Below, piece after piece: positions 1 through 13,500 of a stretch of 64,000 bases of DNA. A model generated the notes under the pieces. The model ran no database searches. It worked only from the letters and a program-made list of their open reading frames with translations, and was not told the DNA's origin. Source of the DNA: Amphiscolops sp. MND2022 (lineage: Eukaryota); assembly GCA_964187785.1 (NCBI GenBank), contig OZ076413.1, positions 43,216,001-43,280,000 of the forward strand, read 5' to 3'. Position numbers and translations under genes: made by a program. How positions within the stretch are numbered: the first letter of the stretch is position 1; every line of letters begins with the position of its first letter.

Positions 1-1068
1 TAATATCGTGATGGCACGGACAAAAGTTGAAGAAAAACAACTAGCGAAAGGTCCGAAATCACCGAAAAAGAGAACTCGGTTAGCTATCCTTTCAAATTTG
101 TAGAAAAAATCATAACAAGAAATCCTTAGAATTTCAAAACAGAATACAGACCGCAGTAAGCGGAACTGAAAGTACTGTGAAAACGCACACACCGGAAAAA
201 CAATAAGACGAAAATTCATTTCTGGTCCACTACTTCAGACAGAGAGGAATATAAGGCGGTAACAGCTACCGCTAACAAGTAACGAAATACAGCCTGAAAA
301 ACAGACACTGTCAACGGTGGCTAGATGGAAAGTATGGCCATTGGGATGAATTACTATGAAACATACTCAACGGAAAACTAAACTGGAGAAAGACAGATAC
401 TGATACGGAAGAAGAAGACGATGAAGAAATGCCAGAAACAACCGGAAGACAGACATATGACACTTCCGAACGAAATTGCGAACACGCCCCGATACAGACA
501 AATCCGGAGGATGATGCGATACAATTCCATATTGACGGAGAAATATCGGGTGAGAAGACTGAAACTATGGTTCGGCTCTCAAATCGAAATGTAAATAAAC
601 CGAATAGATACGGCAGTATACCATATACTGGAAGTTTCTGGGGCTAAAATATGAAGTGTAAATAAACGAATTTATATTTGTTACAGGAACGACGTGGAAC
701 CGACATAAAGGAACTCAGCTACCGGAGACTGTTCAGAAGCCGGTAGTCTTCATTCATAGCAACCCGGACCTAACGCCACAAGGGCCACCTTTTACCTCAG
801 CATCCAAAATCCTCTTCGACTAATCCAAAAAGGAGACAGAGGAGGAACACAGGATTTGAAATGTTATACGGTTATGTTGACCCCTACCGTACCTCGGTTT
901 ACAAACAAACTTCGGTCTGAAACTACGCGTTGTTAGTAAACAAACTCAGAAAACAGTTTAAATTGCATAGATACATTATTGCAATACGTACGTTTAGCAT
1001 AGTACAGTTGCTAAATTGAAAGGATTATATTTTACACTCTTTTTATACCTCAGTCTTAGCATACAACA
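1..1068 (+). mobile_element. 3' end of a decayed Ty3/Gypsy LTR retrotransposon (pol tail, purine-rich tract, short putative 3' LTR ~862-1068)
   Basis: Frameshifted pol-tail-like sequence (YPFKFVEK...FQNRIQTAVSGTESTVK; RLSNRNVNKPNRYG in ORF 429-647) resembles the tail of the Gypsy at 59000-60000. A purine tract precedes TGTTATAC (862), and the segment ends ATACAACA (1068). Confidence 0.6.
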
Positions 1069-1587
1069 ACGGGGACGTCTAAAGTTGGAGCCCCGTTTAA
1101 GGCTCAAAACGCTCAATGTTTCATTAAAAGGCTAAGGATGGCTTTCAGGACAATTTCATCACTCACTTTTTCTGACCGCGACGAGAAGCTGATTTTTTAA
1201 CTTTCGTTGATTTTATTGAGTTCAAGGCAGATATCTTCTAAAACAATTTCTATGGCGTAGCTAATCCACTATAGCACTGATTTAGTTGACAAGGTGTCGT
1301 TCCAAAACATTTGTAAGGACTTTTGCGCCAGGGGCTTTGTATGTTTTTGGCCTAACCCATTGAATGCATGGATGGAACAAAAATTACCGAACTTGTTTAA
1401 AAACAAATGAAACATTTTGGCACAAAACAATGACTCAAACATCACTAAATAAGACAAAATTATTTAAACGTATAAGGTTCTGACTTGTAATATGCTTTGG
1501 AACTCGCTAACATCATCATTTATCTACCAAAATGTCAGACTTGAAAAACTTTGGATGTTATAATGATTAATAGGGAACCAACTTAAG

Positions 1588-4500
1588 GTCGATCCAGTGA
1601 AGACCGTTCAAGGTCAGGGTCGGGGTCACACGTGCACAACTACGCATACAACGATTGCCATTGCAAAGAAGCCATTTGCAGAATCTGTCAGCTCCACCGA
1701 CCCCCGACTGCTTTCCATATAAGGGATATCCCCTGTGTTAAAATCATGGAAACGATTGAGAAGTTCAAAGATCACCCCTACTTGATGCACAATATAAAGC
1801 ATTTCGCCAACACAAGACCTCTGACATACAGACAAGTCTTGGCGTTCTTGCAAAAGGTCAACAGTGGCTCCAGGTCAAGTCAAAGATCGGATTCTGCTCG
1901 ATAAGATAAGCTCAAAATGCAATCAAAGATGATTTTCAAATTTTTTAAACAATCATGTGAATGTAAAAATTTGTCTCTGACGAGGTTATTTTTTCTACGG
2001 CTGAAAAAAAATGTCAACATCACTTTCAGATTTTATCTGAGGTCTAAGCCAGTCGTTATCAGAGTTTTGTCATTGCTATTTTTTCGCGAATCGCTGAACC
2101 GCTAGTTTTAAAATTGCAATTTCGCTGAAAACCTTTCTTTAAAACTTTTTGAACTCAAGAATATTTTAAATATAAACGATAACCTAATTCAATTTTTGTA
2201 AGAAAAGAAAACTAAAATTTTTTATATTATGTGGGTTTTACAGACGAAGAGTTGGTATTTTTCGAAAATCATTATGAAACTTCGTGTATTTTCCGAGGAA
2301 ATTCTGAATTTGGACATTTTGAAGGATTTTGATTTTGAAGTTGAATCGCTAAAGAATCGCTGAAAAAATTCCGCACGGCCGCTAATTCGCTAAATTGCTG
2401 ATAAACGGTGTGAAAAGTCTGCTCGGTATTCATCTTTTCGATAAAATAATGACTTCCGTCTCGAACGAAAATGATTACAGTGAATTTTTGTTTGTATTAT
2501 ACAGGATATATCTTAAGAGCAGCCCATGTTCAATAATAAATGATCACAAATCACAAACTTCAATAGTTTTTTCCGCACAAAAAGATCCGGTTTTTGATCC
2601 AGACAAAGACTGTTTCTTGAGAGTGGACACAAGCTGCCACCGATACAAGTGAAAGACTGTGAAGAGTTTTTGTCTAAACTGTCTGATCAAATGCGCAACC
2701 GAATAGTCGCCAAATACGTCACGCCTCTCAATCTCACCAACGTCATCTTCTTCCTGGGCAAGATGTCCTACAGGGAATTGGAGCATTTAATTTTTGTGCA
2801 TCTTGGGTTCAAAGGTCGACTTTGGAAAAATCCAATTGAAAGCATCTGAAATTTTCTGTAAAAGTAATCCTTTTCCCAATTGGAGGTTTAAGGTTCTTGT
2901 TTTCTTGATTCATTGTTTTTCCGAAGTGCCGTAAACTGCTTGAAAGGTTTTTTCGAAGTGCATGGATATGCTTTGAGCTTTTTAAAAACTGCTTGTATGT
3001 TCTACAAAATTTTTTCATGCAGGGTCACCGAATTTTCCACGTGTTTTCTTTAAACTTAGCCTGCATGTATGATTGACAGCAAAGAAAACGTTCTGGCCGA
3101 TTTGAAATAGGGATTGATCCATCAAATTATCAAAACCAAGCTATGTTGTCTTAAACAAGGCCGCAAAATCTACAGAATTTTTATATTCAGTTCCATAATT
3201 TATTTAACTTTGAAGAATAATATGGCAATTGGATTTTTACTGGTTAAGGTACTCCGTCGGAAACAAAAGACAGAACTCCAAAGTTTGAAGACAAGAAGAA
3301 AGATACGGATGAGATGACGAAAGAGTTTGGAGATCCTACTTTTTCAGAACACAAGTTGGAACTATTCAGACGTTACGTGCGATCTTTGAACCGCAGGCAA
3401 CGCAAGGAATTGTTCCGGGCCATTGATTGTGAGTTCAACCACGACACAGTTTTAGAATATTTGATGAGTTTGAAAGAGAAGGAAAGATTCAAAATTCTGG
3501 ATGAAATTCCATCACGATGCTTTGGATATAACCCAAACAACGTGGATTTGTCAATTCTTTCCCGGGCTTTCAGAAACTTGAAAAAACATGAACGGAAAAT
3601 TGTGATAAAAGACGCGGGTTTACAGTTAATAGATGAACCAATGGCGTTGGAGTTCATTCAACTTTCCAGCGACAGGACTCAAAAGAAGTTCAGAAACGTG
3701 TGTTTGGACTTACAGCCACTAGAAGGCAAAGAGTTGTTTTTGGAGGAAGTTTTGGACTACATTGATTTCCATTTAAAGAAGCGACAGGGTAAAAACGTGG
3801 ATGAGATTTCTGATGACGACAGAGAAGCAGTTGCAGTTTGGATTGCAGAGTTAGAAGATAAGAAAAAAGCGAGAAAAGAAATCAAGGATAAGGAAAGGGA
3901 AAGGAAACGGGAGGAAGCCAAGGATGAGGAAGAGAGAAAAGAAGCTGATAAAAACCGACTGGTTCCTGCTTCCCGGAATGGGACAACCCAAGTGAAAGGT
4001 GGAACTCACGATGACTCATCCGGAGAAGAGAGCAGTGGCACTGATGGAAAAGATTCTTCCGACGAATCACCCAGTGCGTCAAGTCCTTCGGAAGACGTTT
4101 CTGCGAGCGAAGACGAAGAAAGGGCAAAAGAAACGAGTCATGAACCCACTGCAACTAGCTCTAAGAAAGATCTTAAAAACGATAACGAAAATGAAGTTGG
4201 ACATGCAGAAAACGGAGAAATGTATAAATCAAACTCAAACTCGAGTAAATCTAAACAGGATTCTAATTCATCTAGTAAAAACTATAGAGTGACTGAAGAC
4301 ACCAAAAAGCGAAAAAGTACGATCAGCACTGACTTTCTCCCGAGGTCTGTGAAAGAAGAACCTCCCTATTACGGAACAGCTGAGGACCAACACCAGCAGA
4401 AGTTGCAACAGCAAAGAAGAGACGAAGCCGAAAGTTCTTCGACAAGTTCTGTTTTCAGGAAGGATATGGAAGAGAACGAAGACAATGACTCAAAATACCA

Positions 4501-7500
4501 AACACGAGATGGCCCGGGTCTACCCAAGGGGTCAGAGCATGGGAAAAACAAAGGTTATGCAGCTAAAACTCCGGAACCTGATCGAAAATATGAAAATGAT
4601 ACTGCTCCGGACTATAAGAGGAGGACGGCACATTATAAGAAGACGACAGACTATAAGAAGACAAACCGGCCAGAACTTCAAAAACATCCAAACTATTCTC
4701 ATCAAAAGTATGGCTCCAAGGGTCCATATTATGATTCCATGCAAAGTAGTGGAAGAGTTACTAAAGAAGCACATGGTCAAGGTTATCAACAAAGTCGGTA
4801 CTATGGATATGAAAACGATACTGAACACGGTTCTCAAAAGCGTCAAAGATACTCCCGTTCAGATGACCGCCCTGCTTATAAGGAGCCTGATTATCGTCGC
4901 AAATATGAGAACGACACAGAAAGTCTTCCAGTGTATCAGAAAAAACGCGACTTAGCGCATCAGAACCAACGAAACGACAAGTTGGGTTATAACAAAAGAA
5001 CAACGAATGAAACTGACCAAAAACGGGACCATAGTTCGAAAAATGGCGATGCTGCGAATGGTAAGAGAGAAGGACAGGAAGAAAAGGGGGATGATTCAAG
5101 GGATAATGACGTGCAAGCTTTCACAGGCGTGTCTAAAGAGGAAGTGAGTCAAGCTTACGAACAGAACATCAACAAGTACACGCATCAAACGAACCCTCTT
5201 CACCCGGACGAAGAGTTAGATGATGATAATGAAGATCAAATCAAACCCAAACCGGAAGAAAGAAGCTCAAATGCAGATAAAACGCATGCTGAGAACTACA
5301 GCGAAAAGAAATCAAGTACTCACTATAAAAATCAAAAGCAACAGCAAATCCAGGGCCCTAGTGATGGTGTATACACTCCAGGGGATGAAAGATACGGAGG
5401 CAACCTGGACGGTTCAAAGCCTCGCAAAGCCAGAGCATCGCATGTGAGTCAAAGAGATGCCGGTGAAGACCCCCAACAGCGAAGTGGTTTTGAAGAACAA
5501 GCAGCAGATCAAGAGCCAGAAGATGAACCAAAACCTGAAAGTTATAAGAGCTCAAAGCCTACACAATGGGGTGTCGCTCAATCAAAGTACAAGCTTCCGA
5601 CCCAAAAGGAATACGATAGTCCATTCGCCGATGGGAAACGACCAAACAGACCATACACCCCAGATCATTCGAAACAAAGAACTGACGTCGGGAAAAGAAG
5701 ATCACCATATCAAGAGGAATCTAAATCAAGATACCGATCTGATAGCCGTACCTATGAAAGGCGAAGTCGAAGATCTTCTTCGTCTATGTCACGAAGTCAA
5801 TCTCCGTACTCTTCGCATAGCAAACCTAGCCTACAATTCAAAGAATCCAGAAAACCCAGTTATAGGGATGATCGTACACTCAAGTCACGCGGCACAAATT
5901 ATGGTGCTTCGTATGCGAATAACGAGCAACGCCAAACTATGATTGGTGGAACCGGTGCCGCTACATGTAAGTCATTAGAAAGTTTTGAATGGTGTTCGAG
6001 ATTTTATATCCCAGTGTTCGAAGCCATGGTATCCTTGCCAAGATCGAAGTAATTGAGAGTAACGCACATGAAAGGGTTGTAAAAGCAGATGCCTGCGCCT
6101 TGTCACATTCTAACTACAATTACGACTTTTGTGAAATCTGCAGAACAGGGTTGTTGTTCCAAGTTTTTCAAGTCAATGTATGAAAGTCCGATAAATGTAC
6201 TTTCCAAAAAAAGGAAAATATAACTTTTAGTACTTTTAAATAAAATTTTCAGTACCGTTCGGTGGAACGAAACTAACTATTTGACGTTTTCAGCCAAATC
6301 GGGCTTCGAAACCACCTCTTTCAAGACACTCAACTCATACAGTCAGAAGAATAGAACCCACGAACCGGAAGGGAGCTCTGCAAGACCAATGTTCGGCGCT
6401 GAGGAAAGGAAAAATTCGGAGTCTGCTTTCCTCAAAAGATACAAAAAGAAAGGTTCTCGCCACAGTCCACCCTACCACAAAAGGGAGAGTGAAAGGACGT
6501 ATGGAAGACACAGGTTAAAACAAGCCGGGACCGGCCCAAGCTACAAATAGCTAAAGGACTTCAAAATGTTCAAGTATTCTCTCCTACAAAACCCAATTTT
6601 TTTTTGAAAAAATGTCCCACAATGCTGAAAAAATTGAAAAGGGTGACCCTTTGGCATTTTTCAACATCATCAATTCTGTCGCAAAACTCCAAAAAAATGA
6701 AGGGGGGACCCTTTGGTGGAAAAAAATTCGAAAAAAAAGTCGCACAATGCCAAAAAAACTGAATGGGGGACCCTTTAGTCTCGCCCGCTATTGTATGATA
6801 CGCGGAAAAAAGGAAAAAAAACTTTTTTGAATCAGTTCCCTGGTCCATCAGGTACAATATAAAATTCTGTAGAACTTTTGGTAGAACTCTTTTTGTCATT
6901 TTAGGTGTATCGAAAAAAACACTTACGAAAAGCCATGACTATCTATAGTCGATTCTTTTCTCAGGAAAAAATGTTTTGAAATAGACGAAGTTTACAAAAG
7001 TGTCGGAAATATTCTTGAGAAGTCTTTACACTTGAATTACAACCTATTGCGTAAAAAATCCCTGCGAATAAATCATTTCCTTGAAAGTGTTCAAAGTATC
7101 AAAGTACTCTCGAAAAATCTTCGAAGCTTTCACAACTTTTCTAAACATAAATGATCCATTAAAATGTTTTTGAAGAAAGAATCAAACGTTTGAAGATATA
7201 CTTTGAAGACCACAAAAATCAAATTTCATCAATGAAGGTGAATGAAAATGATCAAAGTTACTCTGAAAGTGTAATATAACTTTAGAAAATGCTATGATCT
7301 AGGGGAACATTTGAAAGTTAAAAGAAAGGAAGAAAAGGTAATTCAAATGGATATGTAAATGGTTTTGTCATGCCTGACGCATGAGAATATCGAATAGAGA
7401 TGTGGTTAACTGCACAACATCCAAGAAACGAGACAAATCGACAGACAATACGGGAGAACAAACGAAGCAAAAGAATGTAGTTAACCAAACCACATCATCA

Positions 7501-10500
7501 AACTTACAACTCAAAACTTTCATTTACACCATTTATATTTAGTTTTCAAATAGCCCCGCTCTTTCTCAACCATAATCAGACACTTTCTACATGTACCTTC
7601 CAAAACAATTTCATGATACACTACATGATGTGGATGATACACCATCATCAGATTTCTCTTTAATGTAGTTAGCCATGTAACCATTACTTATATAATCATT
7701 TAGTCATACGATGTTAGTAGCATAACCACATTGCAGTGCTGTACGAATATACCAATTAGTGAGTCACGTAACCATAGTAACGCAAGTATATTATATTTCA
7801 GTGCAGTGTCAAACTTAAACTCAAATTGCGCAATTACTAGTTGAAGTGTGAATCAACACCACCAAAATGCTGCAATACAATTGGTCGATGTGGTCACGTG
7901 ACCAACATCGACATACTCAATAGCAGGTACGAAAGTGCCACGAGAAGGTTTTGAAAAGTTACCACGTACAGTTGCTAACCACATTGGTATCCAGATTTTA
8001 CCAATCCCAACATTGTCAATTTATCCTTCCTATTTTCGACAATCAATAAAACTTTAAAAACTCTATATTTTCCTTTATGGTTAATACTAGATCTCAAACA
8101 GCCCGAAATACCTCATCGAATATGAACGGAACTGATAGATATAGTGATACCGAGAGCGAAGGTAGTGTTCCTGAAGTACTGACAAGAGATCAAATGAGAG
8201 AATTTGACACTGGAAATTTGCTGCACAGCAGAAATGAGGTTCAACGACTGACCGTAAACCAAAGGGTCTCAGAAATGAACAAACAAATAATCGAGTTAAC
8301 GAGCCTAGTATTGGTACTTACGGAGAAGATTTCCTCTAGCAACAGAGAAAGGAACGACCTTAACACGGTCTCAATTTGTCATGAGACTCGTTCCGATATG
8401 GTGACAGGAGCGTCCACAAGCAACGCACAGACGAACCCACAACGACCATCCACTTCACAGTACCCTCAGTCATCTACCAACTAAATTGAAGACATTGTTA
8501 CCGAAATCCATCACCTGAGAGATACCATGACAGATAATGTGCAACATCCGAAATTTCTCCAAACCCAAGTACCACTCTTCAGAGGAAATAGGGAAAAATA
8601 TACCGAATTCGAGCACCTCTCACTAAATCATCTCCGACCACATCAGCATAAACTGTCAGAAGAACAAAAACTGACGTATTTTCAAAGCCTGCTCCGTGAT
8701 GACGCCATCGAATTCTGGCAATCACTAAAAATAACGAATCAGACGACGCTAGCCCAAGTGTTGCGTTACTTCAAAAAGGAATACGCCAACGAGGACCTGC
8801 AAGACGTGACCAAGTACACGTTTGACCAAATCCGCTATCACCCCGCGACCGAAACATTTAACGACTTTCTCAACAAGTTCAAGAAAGTAGTAAATCAAGC
8901 CTTTGGCGATAGATCCAGCGACATAACAGAGACATTCCTGTTCGCGAAACTTCCATCCAGTACATATGCAGAATCAGCTGGCAATGGTGGGAAAACATGA
9001 CGCCACCATGGAAGAAATCCGGACATTCGTGCAACTCAGATGTCAGTATGCACAACTCCTCCCGAGCACAACTAGTGCACAACCGTTCAACCAAATGAGT
9101 GCGCCCCAACCGAATGCAGCCACACCTCAGACATCAATCGCCCAACTCCAACAAAACAGGGAGACGAAAAGAAAGTTCGATGGGCAATGCCGTCACTGCG
9201 GCATACATGGACATAAGTGGGTGGAATGTAGGAAACGGCTGCAAGAGGAAGCAAAAGCTAAACCCGCCAGCCAGAAAGAACAACAACTAACCCAAGCCAC
9301 CCAGAACCCAGACAAAAAACGCAAATATAACTCAAAGCTCGTGTGTCAAAGTTGTGGAAAGGTGGGACACTCTGCCCGAGACTTTTACCACAGGAGCACG
9401 ACCACGTCTGCTTACAGAAGTGTCCCGTATACCAACCAGTCAACAGAAGAAAAAAACAATTCAGAAGGGACTTTAGACAAAACAACCACAGAGTCTACAA
9501 AACCAATGAGCTGTCCCACACTGCCGACGATGAAATTAACGACAATGAAGAAATGGTACGACACGATGACGTGGAGGACCCAATAAACTTCCAGAACCAC
9601 GGCATCCAAATCCACCAACAAATGTGCGCAACAAAAGTAACGACCACCGACTACTACTCAAAAACGACTAACAACTCAAAACTACACGGGGTGGCAGTCC
9701 CGTCCTTCAACCTATACTAAAGAGACTGCAAACTTTGTCATCACAAGACATTCCACTGACACCTGTACAATCAAACCAAAAGAAATGAAACTAAGACCCG
9801 AGGTCAACAACATAGAACCAGTGCGTCAAAACGACACACAACCTAAACTACCAAATGATGACAAACAGCCCACATCTCCCAAACCTAACAACCCGCCGAA
9901 GGAACCAAAATACGAAATCCGACAATTGAGCGCCACATTGCAACTCAACAGAAAGGAAAAGATGCTATATGTGCCCCTTCAATTTCGTGAGTACGAAAAT
10001 TTTGGTCTCCTTGACACTGGCGCAATCCAGAGTACACTGTCGAAAGCAGAACTCCGGCGAATTCTCTCAGCACATCCAGCCGCTCTTCTCCAAGAACTCC
10101 CTGCCCCCTGAGTTCAAGGTCCAGATCGCCAATGGCAGCATTGTACCCATCAGAAAGCAGGTGTTACTACGATTCTTCATTGGCGGCAAAGTTTTTGAAG
10201 AAACATTCATGATTCTCCCAAATATGGGAAATGTACTCATCGGAATATCATTCTTCAAGAAGTATTCAGTAACCCTGGACTTAGCCAACAACTTAAAAAT
10301 TCCAGACATCACTCTCCAACTACGCTCAGTCAACGGGAAATTTAAAATAAAATATTTGAACTGAAAACAACTCAGAAGGAAGTGATCCAATCCAACCAAC
10401 AAGTGTTTGTCCCAGTCGTAATTGAACGCGAGCTAGGAAACATCACTGGCACCGTCGAAGGGCTACCCGCCTTCGAGAGACGTTCGCACCTACTGGTATC

Positions 10501-13500
10501 TCCGGCTCTCAGCGAGACCCAGGAAGGTCGAGCCCATGTGCAAATCACCAACCCACTGGATTACCAGATTACTATCAATGTGGGTACAGCAGAGGCGTCT
10601 TTCAAGATAATGACTCCAAAACAAGCAAACAATCTGCAATCGATGAAAAATCATCAACTCAACCTGATCACGCAATACCCAGACGAAGTCACAGCAGTTT
10701 TGAACCACATCTTCCAGGACCCAAATGAAAAAACAGACAGACGATGGTACCCCACCTCTGAGACATGCGACGACCCGTCAAAGCTCAAAAACGATTGAAA
10801 GACGCATCTACGACGAGATCGTCAAACTCAGGGCGGAAGAAAAACTGGACCCAACATCAAGTGAAGAAGAACGACAAGAATTCTTGGCGAACTTCCAGTG
10901 GAAACAATCAATACCGAACCCTCTTGAGAAGCAAGAGATTGAGGCACTATTGGTCAAGTACCACGGCATCTTCGCAAGACATAGACTGGACATCGGGATC
11001 AACACCGAAGTCAAAATAAAGTTGACTCCCAAACACGACGAACCAGTTTCTGCCCACAGCTTGCCCTCAGCAACAAATTTGAAGGACGATTTATTGGTGA
11101 AAATGGCACTGACGCAAGAGTACGGTATAATCACCACATTACCGTATAGCAAATACTCTTCGCCTATCTTCGCCCAACGCATGCCAAACGGAAAACTTAG
11201 AATTTTCCGATTTCAGAAGAATTAATCTTTTACTGAAAAATGATTACAACCAACACAACCACCCTGTGACAACGATGGCCGATGCGGCACAACACATGGC
11301 TGGCAAGCGTTACTTATGCAAGTTGGACTGTTCACAGGCGTACCATTGCCTTCAGATGGCAGATAAACAGTCAGTCCAGTTGCTTGCTTTCAACTTTGGA
11401 AGTAAAACCTTCGCCTTCATCAGATTAGCCCAAGGATTGAATCGGTCCCTGTCAGCCTTCAACAAAACAGTTCGCGAACACTTGGATCCTTTGGTCAAGG
11501 CGGACAAATGTGCCCAATACGTTGACGATATCGGCATTGCCGCCAACACTGTCGAAGAGCTAGTCAACAACACTGAAGCGAGTTTTACCAAAATCAGACA
11601 GGCCGGTCTGAAGCTGTCAATGGCGAAGTGTGCGTTCGGCCACCACGAGATCGAATTCCTTGGAAGAAGCATCACTACCAAAGGCATCGCGCCCATCGAA
11701 TAGAAAATCGACAATTTTCTGAAGAACATCAAACTGCCGACGTCCGTGAAGTCACTACAACGGTATATTGGATTTGTACAGTTTTACCGCCAGTATATCC
11801 CGAGATTAGTTGAGAAACTGGTTCCACTATACAAGTTGTTACAGAAAGACGTCAAGGACGAAATCACCCAGATCCACAAGGAAGCATTATTTGATATCAA
11901 CGAGAACTTAGCAAATGCTGCCAAGATGTCACTGAGATTACCCCTTCCGGACAAACAGCTAGCGATAATGTGCGACGCTAGCAAACACGCAGCCGGCTAC
12001 GTTCTTCTGATAGATTACACTGAAACCAATAATGGACCAACGAAGTCAAATGCACCAGTAGCCAATAGATCTCAAAGGTTCACCGAGGGCCAAATGTCAC
12101 TCACGATGTTCGCGAAGGAGTTCCTGGCCTTGCACTTCGCATTTGACGAGTTCGCCCATATTTTTTTATTTTGTGGGGAGTGAAGAAACCAACAATTGTC
12201 ATGACTGATAACAAGGCACTCACCAGATTCTTCCAGTCCAAACGCATACCACCAAAACTGGAATTACTGTGACCAGGCCCTCCAATTCGACTTCGTCCTG
12301 GCCCATGTACCTGGTATCGAAAACCCAGCAACCACAGAGTCTACAAAACCAATGAGCTGTCCCACACTGCCGACGATGAAATTAACGACAATGAAGAAAT
12401 GGAACGACACGATGACGTGGAGGACCCAAAAAACTTCCAGAACCACGTCATCCAAATCCACCAAACAAATGTGCGCACCAAAAGTAACGACCACCGACTA
12501 CTACTCAAAAACGACTAACAACTCAAAACTACACGGGGTGGCAGTCCCGTCCTTCAGCCTATACTAAAGAGACTGCAAACTTTGTCATCACAAGACATTC
12601 CACTGACAACTGTACAATCAAACCAAAAGAAATGAAACTAAGACCCGAGGTCAACAACATAGAACCAGTGCGTCAAAACGACACACAACCTAAACTACTA
12701 AATGATGACAAACAGCCCACATCTCCCAAACCTCACAACCCGCCGAAGAAACCAAAATACGAAATCCGACAATTGAGCGCCACATTGCAACTCAACAGAA
12801 AGGACAAGATGCTTAATGTGCCCCTTCAATTCCGTGAGTACGAAAATTTTGGTCTCCTTGACACTGGCGCAATCCAGAGTACACTGTCGGAAGCAGAACT
12901 CCGGCGAATTCTCTCAGCACATCCAGCCGCTCTTCTCCAAGAACTCCCTGCCCCAGAGTTAAAGGACCAGATCGCCAATGGCAGCATTGTACCCGTCAGA
13001 AAGCAGGTGTTACTACGATTCTTCATTGGCGGCAAAGTCTTCGAAAAAACATTCATGATTCTCCCAACTATGGGAAATGTACTCATCGGAATATCATTCT
13101 TCAAGAAGTATTCAGTAACCCTGGACTTAGCCAACAACTTAAAATTTCCAGACATCACTCTCCAACTACGCTCAGTCAACGGGAAATTAAAAAATAAACT
13201 ACTTGAACTGAAAACGACTCAGAAGATAGTGATCCAATCCAACCAACAAGTGTTTGTCCCAGTCGTAAGTGAACGCGACCTAGGAGACATCACTGGCACC
13301 GTCGAAGGGCTACCCGCCTTCGAGAGACGTTCGCACCTACTGGTATCTCCGGCTCTCAGCGAGACCCGGGAAGGTCGAGCCCATGTGCAGATCACCAACC
13401 CACTGGATTACCAGATTACTATCAATGTGGGTACAGCAGAGGCGTCTTTCAAGATTATGACTCCAAAACAAGCAAACAATCTGCAACCGATGAAAAATCA

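Noticed and set aside
1532..1587. ATG TCA GAC TTG as first exon with a 31-nt intron
   Set aside because: The phase fits, but the intron is very short and the donor weak; not supportable without transcripts.
6570..6899. K/F/G/P-rich ORFs here and at 47165-49349 and 54349-55359
   Set aside because: Translations of the family A repeat units.
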